A stretch of DNA of 64,000 bases. Origin: Vitrella brassicaformis CCMP3155 (Eukaryota; Protista; Chromerida). The stretch's first letter is position 1, and each line of letters opens with the position of its first letter. The stretch covers positions 62,001-126,000 of the forward strand of contig CDMY01000295.1 in NCBI GenBank assembly GCA_001179505.1. Direction: 5' to 3'. The notes beneath the pieces were generated by a model. That model saw nothing but the letters and a program-made list of their open reading frames with translations, ran no database searches and was not told the DNA's origin. The position numbers and the translations under genes were made by a program. Below, in pieces: positions 36,717 to 49,274 of the stretch.

Positions 36717-38734
36717 ATGCATTCGGCGACCTTTGAGGTCCGACCCATCAGTGAAGAAAAGGGATCAGGTAGGTGTGGGATAGTCGAGAAAGACGCCTCT
36801 TTCTGTCTTGGTTGTGTCCTCTCCTTGCGATTCGGCAGGTCTGGTGGCTCTTCGCAACGTGGCAGCTGGAGAGGTTTTTCATTCAGAGTGGCCTTTCTGC
36901 GTCGTGCAGCACCCCGCAAAGTGAGCGAAATGAGTGAGCGAGCGAGTGAGAGCGTCACGATGTTTGCCTGTTCAGCTCAGCGTTCATCCGCGCGTGCACC
37001 CGCTGCTGCCGGTTTGCGGGCACGTGTGGCCTGCAGCTTGCGACGCTCTTCTCTGGCACTGTAGAGGAGGCTGTGTTGAACGAGCTGCCGTCGGTTTGGG
37101 GGCAGGAGAAGCTGTCAGATGTGGTGGAGTGCCCGCAGGGGTGTGGGGAGGTCTATTGTGGCCAGGAGTGCCGGGCTGCCGACTGGAAAGACAACCACAG
37201 TGAGCACCAAACAGCCAAAAGTGCCGATGTGCTGACAAGTCCATCTCTCTCTCTCTCTCTCATCGTTCAGACTTCATGTGCGTGGGGCCACTGGATGATG
37301 ATGCTCCACTGGTACGCCAACCACGTGTACAGCGTGTCCTGCCATTGGCTCGTGCATGCACCTTCTGTGTGCTTCCACGTGCAGGTGCAGTTCAAGCAGC
37401 TGGCGATCGAGTATGCAGACACGCTTCTGCTGGCGGGCAAGGTTTTTGCATCCCTCGTCAACCGTGCGCAGCAGAGGGGGCGCGGGGCGGAAGCTGTGCG
37501 GGAGGGAATGAACGAGCTCATGGGTTTCACCCAGGGGAAATGGGACGATGTGGCCAGGCCGGCGGGGGCTACAGACGAACATGGGGAAGGAGAGGTGGGC
37601 GCACACGCATTCACGTGGAGGATGAGGTGGAGCGGACTGTGCAGTGAGGTGTGTTGTGATGGTCAGACGCTGAGGCTGCAAGTGCTAGCAGAAGCCTTCG
37701 AGCTGCTCAAGGTCAGCACACACACAGAGAGAGAGGGAGGTGTGTGTGTGTGTCTGTCGGGCACCGTCCGTGAACATGCATTTGTTCAGGCTGCGTTGCT
37801 GCCCGCATCCCCTTTGTTCGCCCCCCTCTTCGAAAGCGACGAATTCCTCTCAAGACTGCTCGGTGACTGACGGACTCACAGACAGACAGGCAGAGGGAGG
37901 GCGGGATGATCCGCGTCTGTCCTCCTGCATGGCAGGTATGTTCGAGAGGAACAACATTGACGTTGAGATTCAGTCTCCCCTCAAGCAGCTCTGCCACTCA
38001 TGGGCACAGCAGCCACCGCCAGCAGCATCCTCATCCTCATCCTCATCAGTCGGAGCCGCAGCAGCCGGCCCCGCCAGCAATCCGGCCTTGCGACGGCTGC
38101 TGGAAGCAAAAACGGTCGTCATGCGGTGGGTCACACACACGAAGTGGATGGGTCGATGGGTCAACGAACAGACACAATGGTGTGTGTGAAGGTACGAGTG
38201 GGATGAGGACGAGACGGGCAACTACCAGTCGACTGCAGCAGACACCTCACCCGACGACGCACACATGGACGAAGAGACGGAAGATGACGATGAGGCCGAC
38301 GAGGCGGCCGACGAGCAGCGGCTGGCATCGATCCGGGAGGACGTCAGGAATCTCACCATGGAGCAGCTGCTGGCCGAGGAGTGGCCCAACTTCCACGGCA
38401 CGGCGTTCTTCCCCTCTGTGGCGCGCGTCAACCACTCGTGCGTGCCGAACATCAAGGTGTGTCAGAGAGCACCGCACACACGGCACGGCAATGTGTGTGC
38501 GCATGTTGTCTGCTGCTGTGTGATACGTGGGTGCAGATGGCCTATCCACGAGGCACGTGTGAGGTGTGCTTCGGTGCGCTGAGAGGCATCTCGTGTGGAG
38601 AGGAGATGTCCACCTCCTACATCGACAGCGAGGCGCCGCGCGACGTCAGACAGACGAACCTTCTGGAGTATGGCTTTGTGTGCCGGTGTGACAAGTGTGA
38701 GAGTGAGGCCGCGCGTGTCAACTTGAGGCGGTAG
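36717..38734 (+). CDS. SMYD5-like SET/MYND protein-lysine methyltransferase
   Basis: FEVRPISEEKGS|GLVALRNVAAGEVFHSEWP (SET-N). MYND-like CTRC...CPQGCGEVYCGQECRAADWKDNH. Acidic insertion. FFPSVARVNHSCVPN, GEEMSTSYID and post-SET YGFVCRCDKC. Confidence 0.88.
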
Positions 38735-39848
38735 GTAGCTGATTGATTTGAGAGGTTAGACTCAAGCGTAGGGCCCTCTTGCACCCGCGCGTGTGACTGT
38801 TGTGGTGATGGTTTGGCTGTGTCGCGTCGGGAGACTGACAACGTTCCTGCCTGCCTGCCTGCCTGCCTGCTCTATATGACACACGCAATTGAATGAATTG
38901 AGCCGAGTGTCAGTGTCAGATGGCCCCAGTCCCACAGTGCCAAACAACAGCCGTCCCCCAAGCACACCAATTTATGGCCTCCTCGCCCCTCCACCCCCAA
39001 GCACTCACCCATGACAGTCGAACACTAGGCAGTCAGACCAGCCGAGGCACCCAGCCGATGTGGACGTCAAGTCAGAGACAAACGCCATCACTCACCCGGC
39101 CGTCAACACATTACCCAGCCCACAGCCCAGTGCAGCCTTAGTGAGTGGAGTAGAATGAGGGCGGAATGGGCGTCTTGAGTCCCTCTCGTGTCATCACGTG
39201 CGTGTACGTCCCGTTTGTGGTGGATGGATGGATGGACGGACGGACGCCTCATAGTGTCTGCGTGTCTCACGCTTTTCTTTGAGATTTGAGATGGTGTGGA
39301 CACACGTCGGGTATGCGTCAGAAAATTGACTTGAAACGAAAGTCGGACGGATGACTCATGTCTGTCTGTCTCAGCCAACTTACCCCCCACCCCACACCCA
39401 AAGTGTCCAACCAACGAAACAGCCGACCCCCACAGCACCATGAATCCTACAGAAACATCCCCCCTCCCCTCTGTCAGTCACAAAGCAGGACAGGCGAGCA
39501 TCACAGGCCAGGCTAACGAATTAAGGCACACTGGCAGCCACCTATGAAAGAGCAACCGATCGGCCGGTCAGCCAGTCAGTCAGTCAATCAATCAATTCCG
39601 TCACACCCACAGTCGCTTTGGCCGTTGGTTGACAGACAAACGCCATTACCTACCAGCGACACATGACCGCTCCCCCACCCCTCAGAATACATTCCCCACC
39701 CACAGCCACCAACGCACTCACACCATAGGTAGCCAAGTCGAGTCCAGTGGCCTTCCTCCTCTCGCTCACGTGTGTGTATGCCTCAGGCGGGCGCAACGTA
39801 GGACGGTGGTGGGGATGGATACGCACTTATGCACCTCAGCCGATGTTC

Positions 39849-40640
39849 TCAAAGCAAGGCGTTGCTCACGCGCAGTGCCCAGATGCAGAAGGCGAGCGCA
39901 GCGGCCGCACCTATGATCAAGAAGACATGCTCCCAAAACGACATGAGCCTCCCCAATTCTCCGTGCATCAACATGAGGGGGGGTCCTAGCACCGCCACTA
40001 CGACTGCGCAAAAGCTGCAGAGGGTACCCATGAAGCTGAGGATCCAGAGGGGGACCATGGCCGCCTTCACGAACCCCCCACCGGCTTGGTACCACTTCTT
40101 CAGACGCTCATTCGCTCGGGCGAGGGCTCTCTCACTGGCCTGGAATCGGTCCTCGAGAGCCACGATGGCCTTGTCTCTCTGCTGCAGGGCCTCTGTGGTG
40201 TTGTGAAGGTCCTCCGTGAGGCGCGCGACCTGCTCGTGGAAGGCCGTGATTGCGGCAGTCTTATTCTTCAGATCCGCGGTGGCCGTTGCCAGATCCGCTG
40301 TGGCCGTTGCCAGCTGATCCTGGAGAAGCACGTTTGCCGCCTCCTTCTCACCCATGGCCACCTCGTGTTGGCCGATCAGTGCGTCCTTGTCCACCAGGTG
40401 CTGCTGCAGGGCCTTGATTGTTGCCTCGTGAGCCACCAGCTGCACACGGTTGATGTCGCCAATGACAACGTGAGCCCATGCGGCACCGCCAAGCACCACT
40501 AGTAGAAGGAACAGCAGGCAGTTGGCGCCGCCAGAGGCTGGGAGGGTGATGGTGATGCTGCCCTTGGCGGCTCTCTCCGCTCGAATGAGTTGATCTCCCG
40601 CCTCCTCCAGTGTCATGACGCGAGGCGACGAGCCCATCAT
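39849..40640 (-). CDS. Intronless membrane protein: TM - coiled coil - 2 TM
   Basis: 263-aa ORF with hydrophobic CLLFLLLVVLGGAAWAHVVI, heptad region LATATADLATATADLKNK..., and C-terminal hydrophobic segments. Confidence 0.65.
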   Translation of the reverse strand: MMGSSPRVMTLEEAGDQLIRAERAAKGSITITLPASGGANCLLFLLLVVLGGAAWAHVVIGDINRVQLVAHEATIKALQQHLVDKDALIGQHEVAMGEKEAANVLLQDQLATATADLATATADLKNKTAAITAFHEQVARLTEDLHNTTEALQQRDKAIVALEDRFQASERALARANERLKKWYQAGGGFVKAAMVPLWILSFMGTLCSFCAVVVAVLGPPLMLMHGELGRLMSFWEHVFLIIGAAAALAFCIWALRVSNALL

Positions 40641-41136
40641 AACACCTGAACCGACTCAGAGATGCATCCACACAAGCACAGCCGCCGCGCCTGAAATCAG
40701 GACCAAAGGTCAGACGAATTCATTTCAACAGCGTCCGATCTATCTCAGCGGCTCTGACCCGTCGGGCCGGGACCTCGGTGTCCGTTAACGAACGAACGAA
40801 TGAACGAACGTTCTTGGAGGGAAGGGTCGTTTGCGAGCTCGAGGATCTCTGCTGGCTTCTTCTCAGCTCGCTGTTCGTCCATTCCGTGTTGGATCTGAGG
40901 CGTCAGATAGCTCTCTTGTGCGCCGCGGCAGAATGGACCTGGAGCAGGTGAGGAAGATGGATGGACGGATGGATGAATGGGTGGGTGGGCGGCAGAGGGC
41001 AAGGAGGGATAGATCATGGGCACAGATACCACGGACGTCATCCATGGCAGCCGGCAGACAGACTCCCACCGTAGATCACCTCTCTTTCTCTTCCTGTGTG
41101 TGTGCAGGCGCGGAGAGACCTCTGGGCAAACAAGAC

Positions 41137-43070
41137 ATGAATCTCGTGAGGGCTCTGCAGTGCCTTTTCTCATGGGCGTGTCTGGGAGCATTCATTCCGC
41201 ATCTGCAAAACCACATTCGCCGGTCCCCGGCCGGCCAGCTGCTGTCCTTCATCGACAAGACCTTCCGCAGCATCCACAAGGGCACGCGAACAGCCGTTGA
41301 GCACCGCCGCCGTGGCAGCAGCGCGCTGCCGCGCCGCTGGAACGAGAAGCGCCGGGCTCCCGTGACCGATGTGTTGCCGCAATGCATTTGGCCCGCCTAC
41401 AACAGAACGGTAGCTCGTGCCGCCCTCAATGCAGGAAATACACAGACGGTAGGTAATCCGATCCACTAATGGACGCAGAATTGTCATGGATTGGATTGGA
41501 TGGTGGAAGACAGCATCTTCATGGATTGCTTTGATGGTTAATGGTTGTTGGTTTGGTCTTTGTGTCTTGTCCAGGTGCACGATGAAGATGTCTGCCCGCG
41601 CCGTGCCATGACCTATTTGTTCTTCTCGGACCGCCCCATCGCCAGTCCCGCCAAATCCCCGATCACCCAGGACGCACCATGCGACCATCACAGCGACCCC
41701 GAAGAGCCAATCCCAGCCATGAGACCTCGTCCGTTGCAGCGCCGTAGACACCCCCATGCCGTTCGCCGCCAAACTGACCCTCTGCAGCTGCGCATCGGGA
41801 GGGTCGTGTTTGAGCAGATAGGGGGCTTCGTCAAGAGGAGCAACACCGCAGCCAGTGGGCAGCAGCAGCATGACGAGCATGACCTTCTCATGGAGGAGGG
41901 AGGGGGGCTCAACAAGACATTGCCCAATGACACATCGGTGGAGAGCGTCATTGGCGGCCTGGCCACACTGCTGCGCAAGCATCAGGGGGAGGAGAGCCCA
42001 CACCACGATCACCTGGACGAAGAGATCCCGACTGCCAAGGGATGGGTCTCTGTGCCGATGTGCAGTACGGCTCTCCACCTCTCACGGGAGCTGATCTTCT
42101 ACATTTTGTCGGTGGTGGTGGTCGCTGGGGTCATTACCGCGGGCATCTTCTACGCCGTTGGCCGGCAGCAGAGAGGGTGGGATAGAGGGGGAGGCAGAGT
42201 CACCAGGCCGCCAGAGGCTGCTGCTGCTGCCATTGCAACTCGGCAGCGAAGGGGCCAGCCCGACGTGCCGTTCGGCCACCTGGCGCGGCACATCGTCAAG
42301 TTAGAGACACAACTGTAAGACGGAAAGGGCACCAAGCCGTCTACGCACGAGTGCGGGTCTGTTGTTGTGTCAGTAAGGAGCAGGAGAAACAGGCGGAGGA
42401 GATGCATCGGCGGAGCCTAGAGCCATATCGCAAGACGCTGTCTGTCCGAGAGCAGCAGATCCGGGAGCTGACGGAGCTGTGCTTCAAGCAGACAGAGGAG
42501 ATCCATAGCGAGAAGGCCAAGTACGAGACGCAGATCGACCGACTACACGCCGAGCTGGTCAGGGGTGACACACACACAGTTACAGCTGCATGCATGTCGC
42601 CTCTTATGCTCCTCAATTCCCACATGTGTCTGTCAGGAGCAGCAGAAGAAGAACTACGACTCCATCCTAGAGGTGAGCAGCACAGCCAGACCCGCACCCC
42701 TACTGCACAAAGCATCCTCATTTTCCCTGCCTCTTCACTTGTCTCAGTTTGCTGTCCATTCACTTCGTGTTGGATCTGAGGCGTCTGACCGCGCGGCGGC
42801 TGCTCTCGCCACCAGCGCGCCATCAGCAGCATATGGCACATACCACTACCACCAGCATCAGCACGGCAGCGGCGTGTTTCCCGCCCCAGCATACACACAG
42901 GTGGGTCGGTGGGATGGCACACGTGCAGACAGGCAAGGCGACCCAATACAAAGGCCTCTCTGTTCGCAGACGGCGGCTTGTGTTCGGCCGTATCGTATCG
43001 TATACAGAAGCGGCAACCCCGAGCCAAACGATGGACCGGTGCGCAATCAGTGCACAATGCAGAGAGGAAT
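41137..43070 (+). CDS. Hypothetical single-pass membrane protein with C-terminal coiled coil (multi-exon; ends uncertain)
   Basis: MNLVRALQCLFSWACLGAF... A long exon at 41575-42316 carries the TM segment LIFYILSVVVVAGVITAGIFYAV. Coiled-coil exon KEQEKQAEEMHRR...YETQIDRLHAELVR. Confidence 0.55.
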
Positions 43071-43120
43071 GGGAAGGTCGCCCAGCTCTGTCCCTCTGTG
43101 TGTCCTTTTTGCTCATTTAG

Positions 43121-45079
43121 GCTGTGCACCGTCTGTCGCGCGACAACCACGTGTGCATCTTCAGCCACTTCCACCCCTGGGAGTTCTCGCGCATGCGGTC
43201 GGCCATCGGCCCCGCCTTTGAGATCGATGCCGCCCAGCCGTACACCCAGCTGACCCTCGACTGCACCGACCAATCGGCCAGGCGGATGTGGGAGAACCTG
43301 TCGTGCGACGCGGCGTATCAGTGGGGCCACAGGGCCCGCAACATCAAAGAGCTGACGGTGCGGCATCCACATGACGATCTCCAGTGGTGTGTCCCGGCGT
43401 GGGTATCTTTAGTCGAGGGCCATGCACACGGCCACTTGAGCGACCAACAGCACCAGGCCAGCGATGAGGCGTCATCTACAGTCGCTCCCCCGCCCCTCTC
43501 CCAGCCCCCCTCTCACGCCACCCTGCAAACCATCCGATTCGAGGGGGTCAAGTGTGGTCGGTCACGAGGCCGGAACGATTGGTACGAGCGCCGGCCCCCT
43601 CCCCCCTCCTCCCCCGTCCATCTGCCGGCCCTCACCACCGTCACCAACATCCCGGCCCGCAGCGCGTGGGCGCGTGCCGGTCGGGGGTGGGTGACACCCA
43701 ATGTCACCACACTCACGTTCGAGGGCCGCTTCGTCGGCGAGGTCGAGTACGATGGGGCGCGCGAGTGGATCGGTGGCTGCGATCGGCTCGAGAAGCTCGA
43801 GTATGACACGGAGGGGTATAACGTCCAGGAAGGCAACGAGCGGCTGCTGACGGCCATGCCGGAGGGGCAGGGCCTGGCGAGCCTGCGGTCCCTCGGCCGT
43901 GTGCGAATGGCCGATGACATCGGTTTCTATTCGAGGTGGGATGTGGCAGAAGTGGACGAGTTTCGCCAGCTGTTGGTGCGGCGCGGGTGTGTGAGAAGCC
44001 TTCAGGAGATGGAGCTTGACGTAGGGGAGTATTTGGAGGACACCGCCGAAATGCGGCAGCTGATCGAAAACGCAGCAAAGCTCACGTAAGGATACAAGAA
44101 GAGACGAACCGGGCCAACAATACACATCGCCTCTTATGGTTTTTTTCTTTCCTGCCCGCTCTTTTCCAGTGACGCCGTGATGCATCCTGATGCCCGCCGC
44201 CAGCCGATCATGCCGTGCACTCGCGAGGACGGGCAGATCGACCTGCAGCTGGTCGCATGGAGCCGCCAGCACCCCTCCCCAACGCTGCAGAAGCTCGTGA
44301 ACGACTTCGCCGATGGTGCCGATGCAGTGGTATTCGACGAGCGGCCACGCGCGTCTTCTGCCCATCCCATGATCCCCCCGACCTTCCCCCATTCGACCAC
44401 GCTCATTCTCCCCGAGAGCTTCCTCGCACACGAGCAGGTCGGGCGTGCTGTGGAGGTGGCCATGAGAATGCCCCGGCTGAAGCGCATCGTGTGTGACGAG
44501 CATCGGGCGGCGATGGCCTTCTTGAAGGCATTGCACGCCGCGGCACCAGAGAAGAAACTGAAGTATTTGACTCTGCGACAGGATGTCGACAGCATCGTCA
44601 ACGCGACTTCTGCTGAATGTGGCGATTGGAGCAGGACGTGGATCGAGCATCTGAACAAGCTGCCGTCCATCAGGAGCGCGATGATACTCGTTCAGGGTCA
44701 GCAGAGAGAAAAGAGAGCCGTTCACATGTGCTGCTTTACATCTGGTGCGTACAGGGGTTTTGCTGGACGATTCTCGCTTCGAGTGTCTGTACAGCCGACT
44801 GACGACGCTGCTCGTCACTCTCAGCAAAGCAAAGGTTGGTTGGTCCGCGCATCCAACCGGGAGAACAGTCGGGACGGCGGGTGTATGTGTTCGTGTGGTT
44901 CCTCTGTGTTCTTGCAGGACACCGAGGACTCGTGTGTCGAGCTATGCTGTGAGGAACGACTACTCGAGCCCCTCCGCGAGAGGTTCATCGGTGCGATGGC
45001 CCTCTTCAACCTGGCCAGCACCACGCATCGGCTGGATGTTTCGGAGTCGGACACCATCACGCTGGAGAAGATCGACTGA
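43121..45079 (+). CDS. Member of the lineage-expanded Vitrella-type family with F-box-like N-terminus and LRR-like repeats
   Basis: HRLSRDNHVCIFSHFHPWEFSRMRS...LTLDCT...MWENLSCDAAYQWGHRARNIKELTVRHP...WCVPAWVSLVEGHAHG; LRR-like LPALTTV, CDRLEKL, LASLRSL. It splices in frame at KLT|DAVMHP and ends LEKID*. The family assignment is from recollection and was not searched. Confidence 0.65.
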
Positions 45080-45552
45080 GTAGCTATAGCTGCCGCTGGC
45101 AGGATGGGGGAGAGAGGGAGAGGGATGCTGACAGGGTTGTGCAGCTGACTGAGTGAGACTAGAGTGCTTGGAATGCCGGTGTGTAGACCTGATTAGGAAC
45201 GTGGGCACGTGTGTGGATGGGTGGTGCGATTGTATTCGAATGAATGAGTCGTGTCCAAGCCGCTGTCTCTCTCATCAGCAAGCGTCGGGCTCTGCAGGGT
45301 GGGAAATCCGACTGGCCCACAGCCACGATGGTGTGGCATTGGAGCAGTCGGCTTGCCCGAAACCTCACACACCCCGCCACCCAGCCATCTGCGCTTCGTC
45401 TACACTCATCAAAACTCGCACCCAAAACGGGGACACACTCACCTTCACTGCTCTTCGTTTACACACACAGGCCATCTGTACACATCACATCACATCACAG
45501 CCTGCCTCCTTCCAGCAGCAATCACGCACACACAATCGCACCAACACGCACG

Positions 45553-46391
45553 TCAGAACCGTTCCCCCAGGGCAGCGGCCGCCTTGCCCAGCATCTCACG
45601 AGGGAAGGCCGTCAGCGGACCCAGATCAAGCAGCCGCCGCCCGAACCACATCTCGCGGTGCAGCGATATCTTTCCTTCATCGTCAAATTGTATCCACACG
45701 CTGCATGGCAGAGGCACACTCAACAGGGCAGACGACGGCCGGGAAGGGCTGAAGGGCGACGCGCTGCTGCTGGTTGGCTGCGAGGCGGCTGATGCTGCTG
45801 TGGGGAGGGGCCTCTGCTCGTCACTGCCGTTGTCGTTGCTGTCGACGATCTCAGCCGCCCTCTTGGTGAAGGCATCTCTGCGGATGTGCCATATCATGTC
45901 CACGTCGATCAAGAAGCCTCGCTGATACTGATCCACAACCTGCACGCACCAGACAGACATGCACATCCGTAGAATAACAATGAGACCGCATTCTGCTCCC
46001 TTCTCCCCGCCTCACTCACCACAAACGACCGGACATCTGTCCGACATGCGCTCTTGACGAGAGCCAGCACACGGGCGAGGTCGGCGCGATTGGTGACACA
46101 CACAGAGGGGTCCTCGAAGGTCACGTCGTGACGATACACATCAAACAGGGAGTCGTGCGGGCCGCGGAAGTCGAGGGCGTAGATCCGCCTGACGCTGGCA
46201 GCTATGTTCTTGCGGTCATCGAGGTTCGTCACAGCACCCAGATAGGGATGGAACTTGCCCTGCGATGGGACGAACCGGGGCGTGAGAGGGCACATTGCGG
46301 CGGCAATGGAGGCTCCTCCCAGTACGGCACTCGCGCCACCGACAGCGATGACTGCACTGCCGAGAGCCGTCACACTGCTCAGCTCCGCCAT
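45553..46391 (-). CDS. NTF2/SnoaL-like fold protein (DUF2358-like), 2 exons, hydrophobic N-terminus
   Basis: VYRHDVTFEDPSVCVTNRADL...IDVDMIWHI...WIQFDDEGKISLHREMW fits the Y..DV.F.DP / D.EGKI..H.D.W pattern of this fold. Confidence 0.7.
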
Positions 46392-46631
46392 GGCTCACGC
46401 AGCAGGCGCAAGATGAGGTGATGACGAAAGAGAATGACGACTCAGCACTGAGTCAGCAGATCTCCTTGCAGCAGCGGTTTCAGGGAGCAGACCTCCTTGA
46501 AGCTGCGAGCTGTTGGGCTCACCTCAGAAACAGTGCTGCCATGCTGTCGCACTCCAGCTCTGCAAATCTAGGGGGTCGGAGCCGTCTGCCGCGCAGATCT
46601 CTCTATCGCTCGCCCCTACAATGAAGCAGCA

Positions 46632-46996
46632 ATGAGGCTGCCTTTGGTGAAGGTCTTCGGCAAGTAAGTAAGACGGAAGCCAACACGCACACATAACCAG
46701 AGTCAAACACGGTGCGTGCTTGCAGGCCGAATTGTTGCGTGTGCGACACGGCTGACTTCCTGCTGAGGCGGATCCAGCTGACGCTGCCGTTTCGCCTGGA
46801 GAAGGTGGACATCACCAAAGAGGCCAGCTTGTATGAGCGGTACAAGGAGGCCATTCCTGTGATTGTGGTGGATGGCGTAGAGGCCAGCAGACTCAAGATA
46901 GACAGCAAGGCGCTGAGGAGACGACTGACTGAAGCAACAGCAGCAGCTGGTGCTGGTGGTGGTGGTGGACCTGGTGGTGGAATGACAGAGTCGTGA
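46632..46996 (+). CDS. Glutaredoxin-like protein, DUF836 family
   Basis: Exons 46632-46663 and 46726-46996 give MRLPLVKVFGK|PNCCVCDTA...LEKVDITKEASLYERYKEAIPVIVVDG, with CxxC and the Y...IPV motif. Confidence 0.85.
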
Positions 46997-47105
46997 TGTT
47001 ATGTGTGTGGCAGTCAATGACTGATTTAGTTGTACACGCTGTGGCAGTCTCTCTCTGTCCGTCCATCAGCCATCCGACCATGCACAGACACACAGAGAGG
47101 GGGGG

Positions 47106-47405
47106 NNNNNNNNNNNNNNNNNNNNNNNNNNNNNNNNNNNNNNNNNNNNNNNNNNNNNNNNNNNNNNNNNNNNNNNNNNNNNNNNNNNNNNNNNNNNNNN
47201 NNNNNNNNNNNNNNNNNNNNNNNNNNNNNNNNNNNNNNNNNNNNNNNNNNNNNNNNNNNNNNNNNNNNNNNNNNNNNNNNNNNNNNNNNNNNNNNNNNNN
47301 NNNNNNNNNNNNNNNNNNNNNNNNNNNNNNNNNNNNNNNNNNNNNNNNNNNNNNNNNNNNNNNNNNNNNNNNNNNNNNNNNNNNNNNNNNNNNNNNNNNN
47401 NNNNN
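47106..47405. other. Assembly gap (300 N)
   Basis: Run of n. Confidence 1.
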
Positions 47406-49274
47406 CGACCGTGCCTCACACTAGCGTCTGTCTGACTGACTCGGATCACATTCACTCTCTCACTCAGCGAGTGCACTCCACGCAGCAATCACTCACTCAA
47501 TCGGTCAATCCATCAAATACGTCACTGTCACTGTCTTGGCTCCGCTGCGCTGATAGGTGCTGCTGGCAACGACTGGAAAAACAGACCTGCCTGCCTGAAG
47601 CGATAGACATGTCCCGTCCGTGCAGACAGCGCACCACAGGCACACGACTGCCATGATCATGTGACTGAGTGAATCCCTGACGGGACGGGTGGTGGCCAAA
47701 ATCGTTCGTTACACACAGACGTACTTGTGTTCATCATCAATCAATCAGTCGATCAATCGATGGCATCAGTCAGTGAGTGCACAAGCAGGCACACGTACAC
47801 ATATCAACATACATGTCAACACACACGGGGGCGGCGCAAGGAGAGGGGATCATCGCAGTCAGACAGTTGGAGGACAGCAGACCCACACACACACACACAC
47901 ACACACAAGGAGAAAAGGGGAAGCCCTCACCCCCCGTCACAAAAGTCTCGCTGACCATCACTCCAGCCCGAGAAAGCAACGGCAGCCTCACGTCTGTGTG
48001 TCCGACCAGCTCGCGAGCGCCCCTCCTCGCCTCCCCTCCTCCCCTCATCCCACCCCACCCCACCCACCATTGATGTACAAAACGAGGTGGCAAAAGTCAG
48101 GCAGACCAACCAGACGGAGAAAGCAACCACGCGCACACCCTTGCGCATTCCGCAGGCCGACTCTTAGCGCTAGAGTCGTGTATGTACCTGATTGAGACCG
48201 ATGCAGCCCCGAGGTCATTCGAGGCCGCTGCGGTCCCTCAGGCACTCCCGACGCCGAGCACCAAGATAGAGAGCACTGCAGGAAACACGAGACAGACAAC
48301 GCACCACGACGGCGAAAACGGTTTCTTCAAGAAATCATGATGCGTGTGCTGCGGCCGACCAGGGAAATGGGAAAGACGCAAAAAGGCTCTCCCACGCCCC
48401 CTGCAGGTCACGGCGGCTCGCAGCGACACATTTCCGAGAAACATAGGGGGCCGGGAGATGCATGGGTGGGTGGGTGCCCGCACATGGTCATGGTGGTCAA
48501 AATCGCTGGGACATGCAGACAGAGGACATCCGAGCGGGCAATGCAACAACCGACAGACAGACATGGGCACGCAGAGCATGAGTGAAAGTGTGTGTGTCAT
48601 TGTCCGTGAGCGTTACAGCATCGCCAGCTCGCAAAGGAGAAGACAAACAGGGCTACACCCCACCCTGTCTGTCCCTCTTCTCTCGCCATCCCTCCCCTCT
48701 CCCCTCCCCCTGTACACCGACCGACATTAGCATGACACCCCATATGCAGGCAGCAGCAGCAGCAGCGAGCACAAATGTTTACCCACTTACTCACTCAGCC
48801 ACTGATCCATCCGCACATTCAATTCAAGCACTTGTCTGTCAGACAGACCATGATTCCTACCGAGAAACCGCCGCATCCATCCATCGGTCCATCCGTCCAT
48901 CCACACACAGGAAAAACTGCAGTCAAGGCAGCAATGCAGCAAGCCAGCGACAGACAGACAGATCGACTGACATGGTAACGGACCAACGAGCGGACAGCCA
49001 ACAGCCAAAACACCGATCGGCGAAAAACAAACCCGGCCCCCTTTCTCGATATCCTTTGTCCAATAAAACGAAGGGCAGGCAAGACGATACGCGTCAATCA
49101 CTCTCAATTGGTCATCTGCCCTTCTTCAGACAGCGCAACGCCCACAGCACGCCGTTGACCGCGGAGACGGGGGGGACCGCAGGCGGCCGGGGAATGTGCT
49201 TATGCGTGTGCATGTGCATGTGCGTGGGAGTGGGTGTGGGAGTGGGTGTGGGTGTGGGTGTGGGCGGTCTCTTG

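Noticed and set aside
43562-44827. 421-aa minus-strand ORF
   Set aside because: Antisense shadow of the GC-rich plus-strand gene 43121-45079.
47500-49270. Short ORFs between the gap and the GCLC stop
   Set aside because: Microsatellite-rich, with no consistent exon chain or domain. Probably UTR or intergenic.
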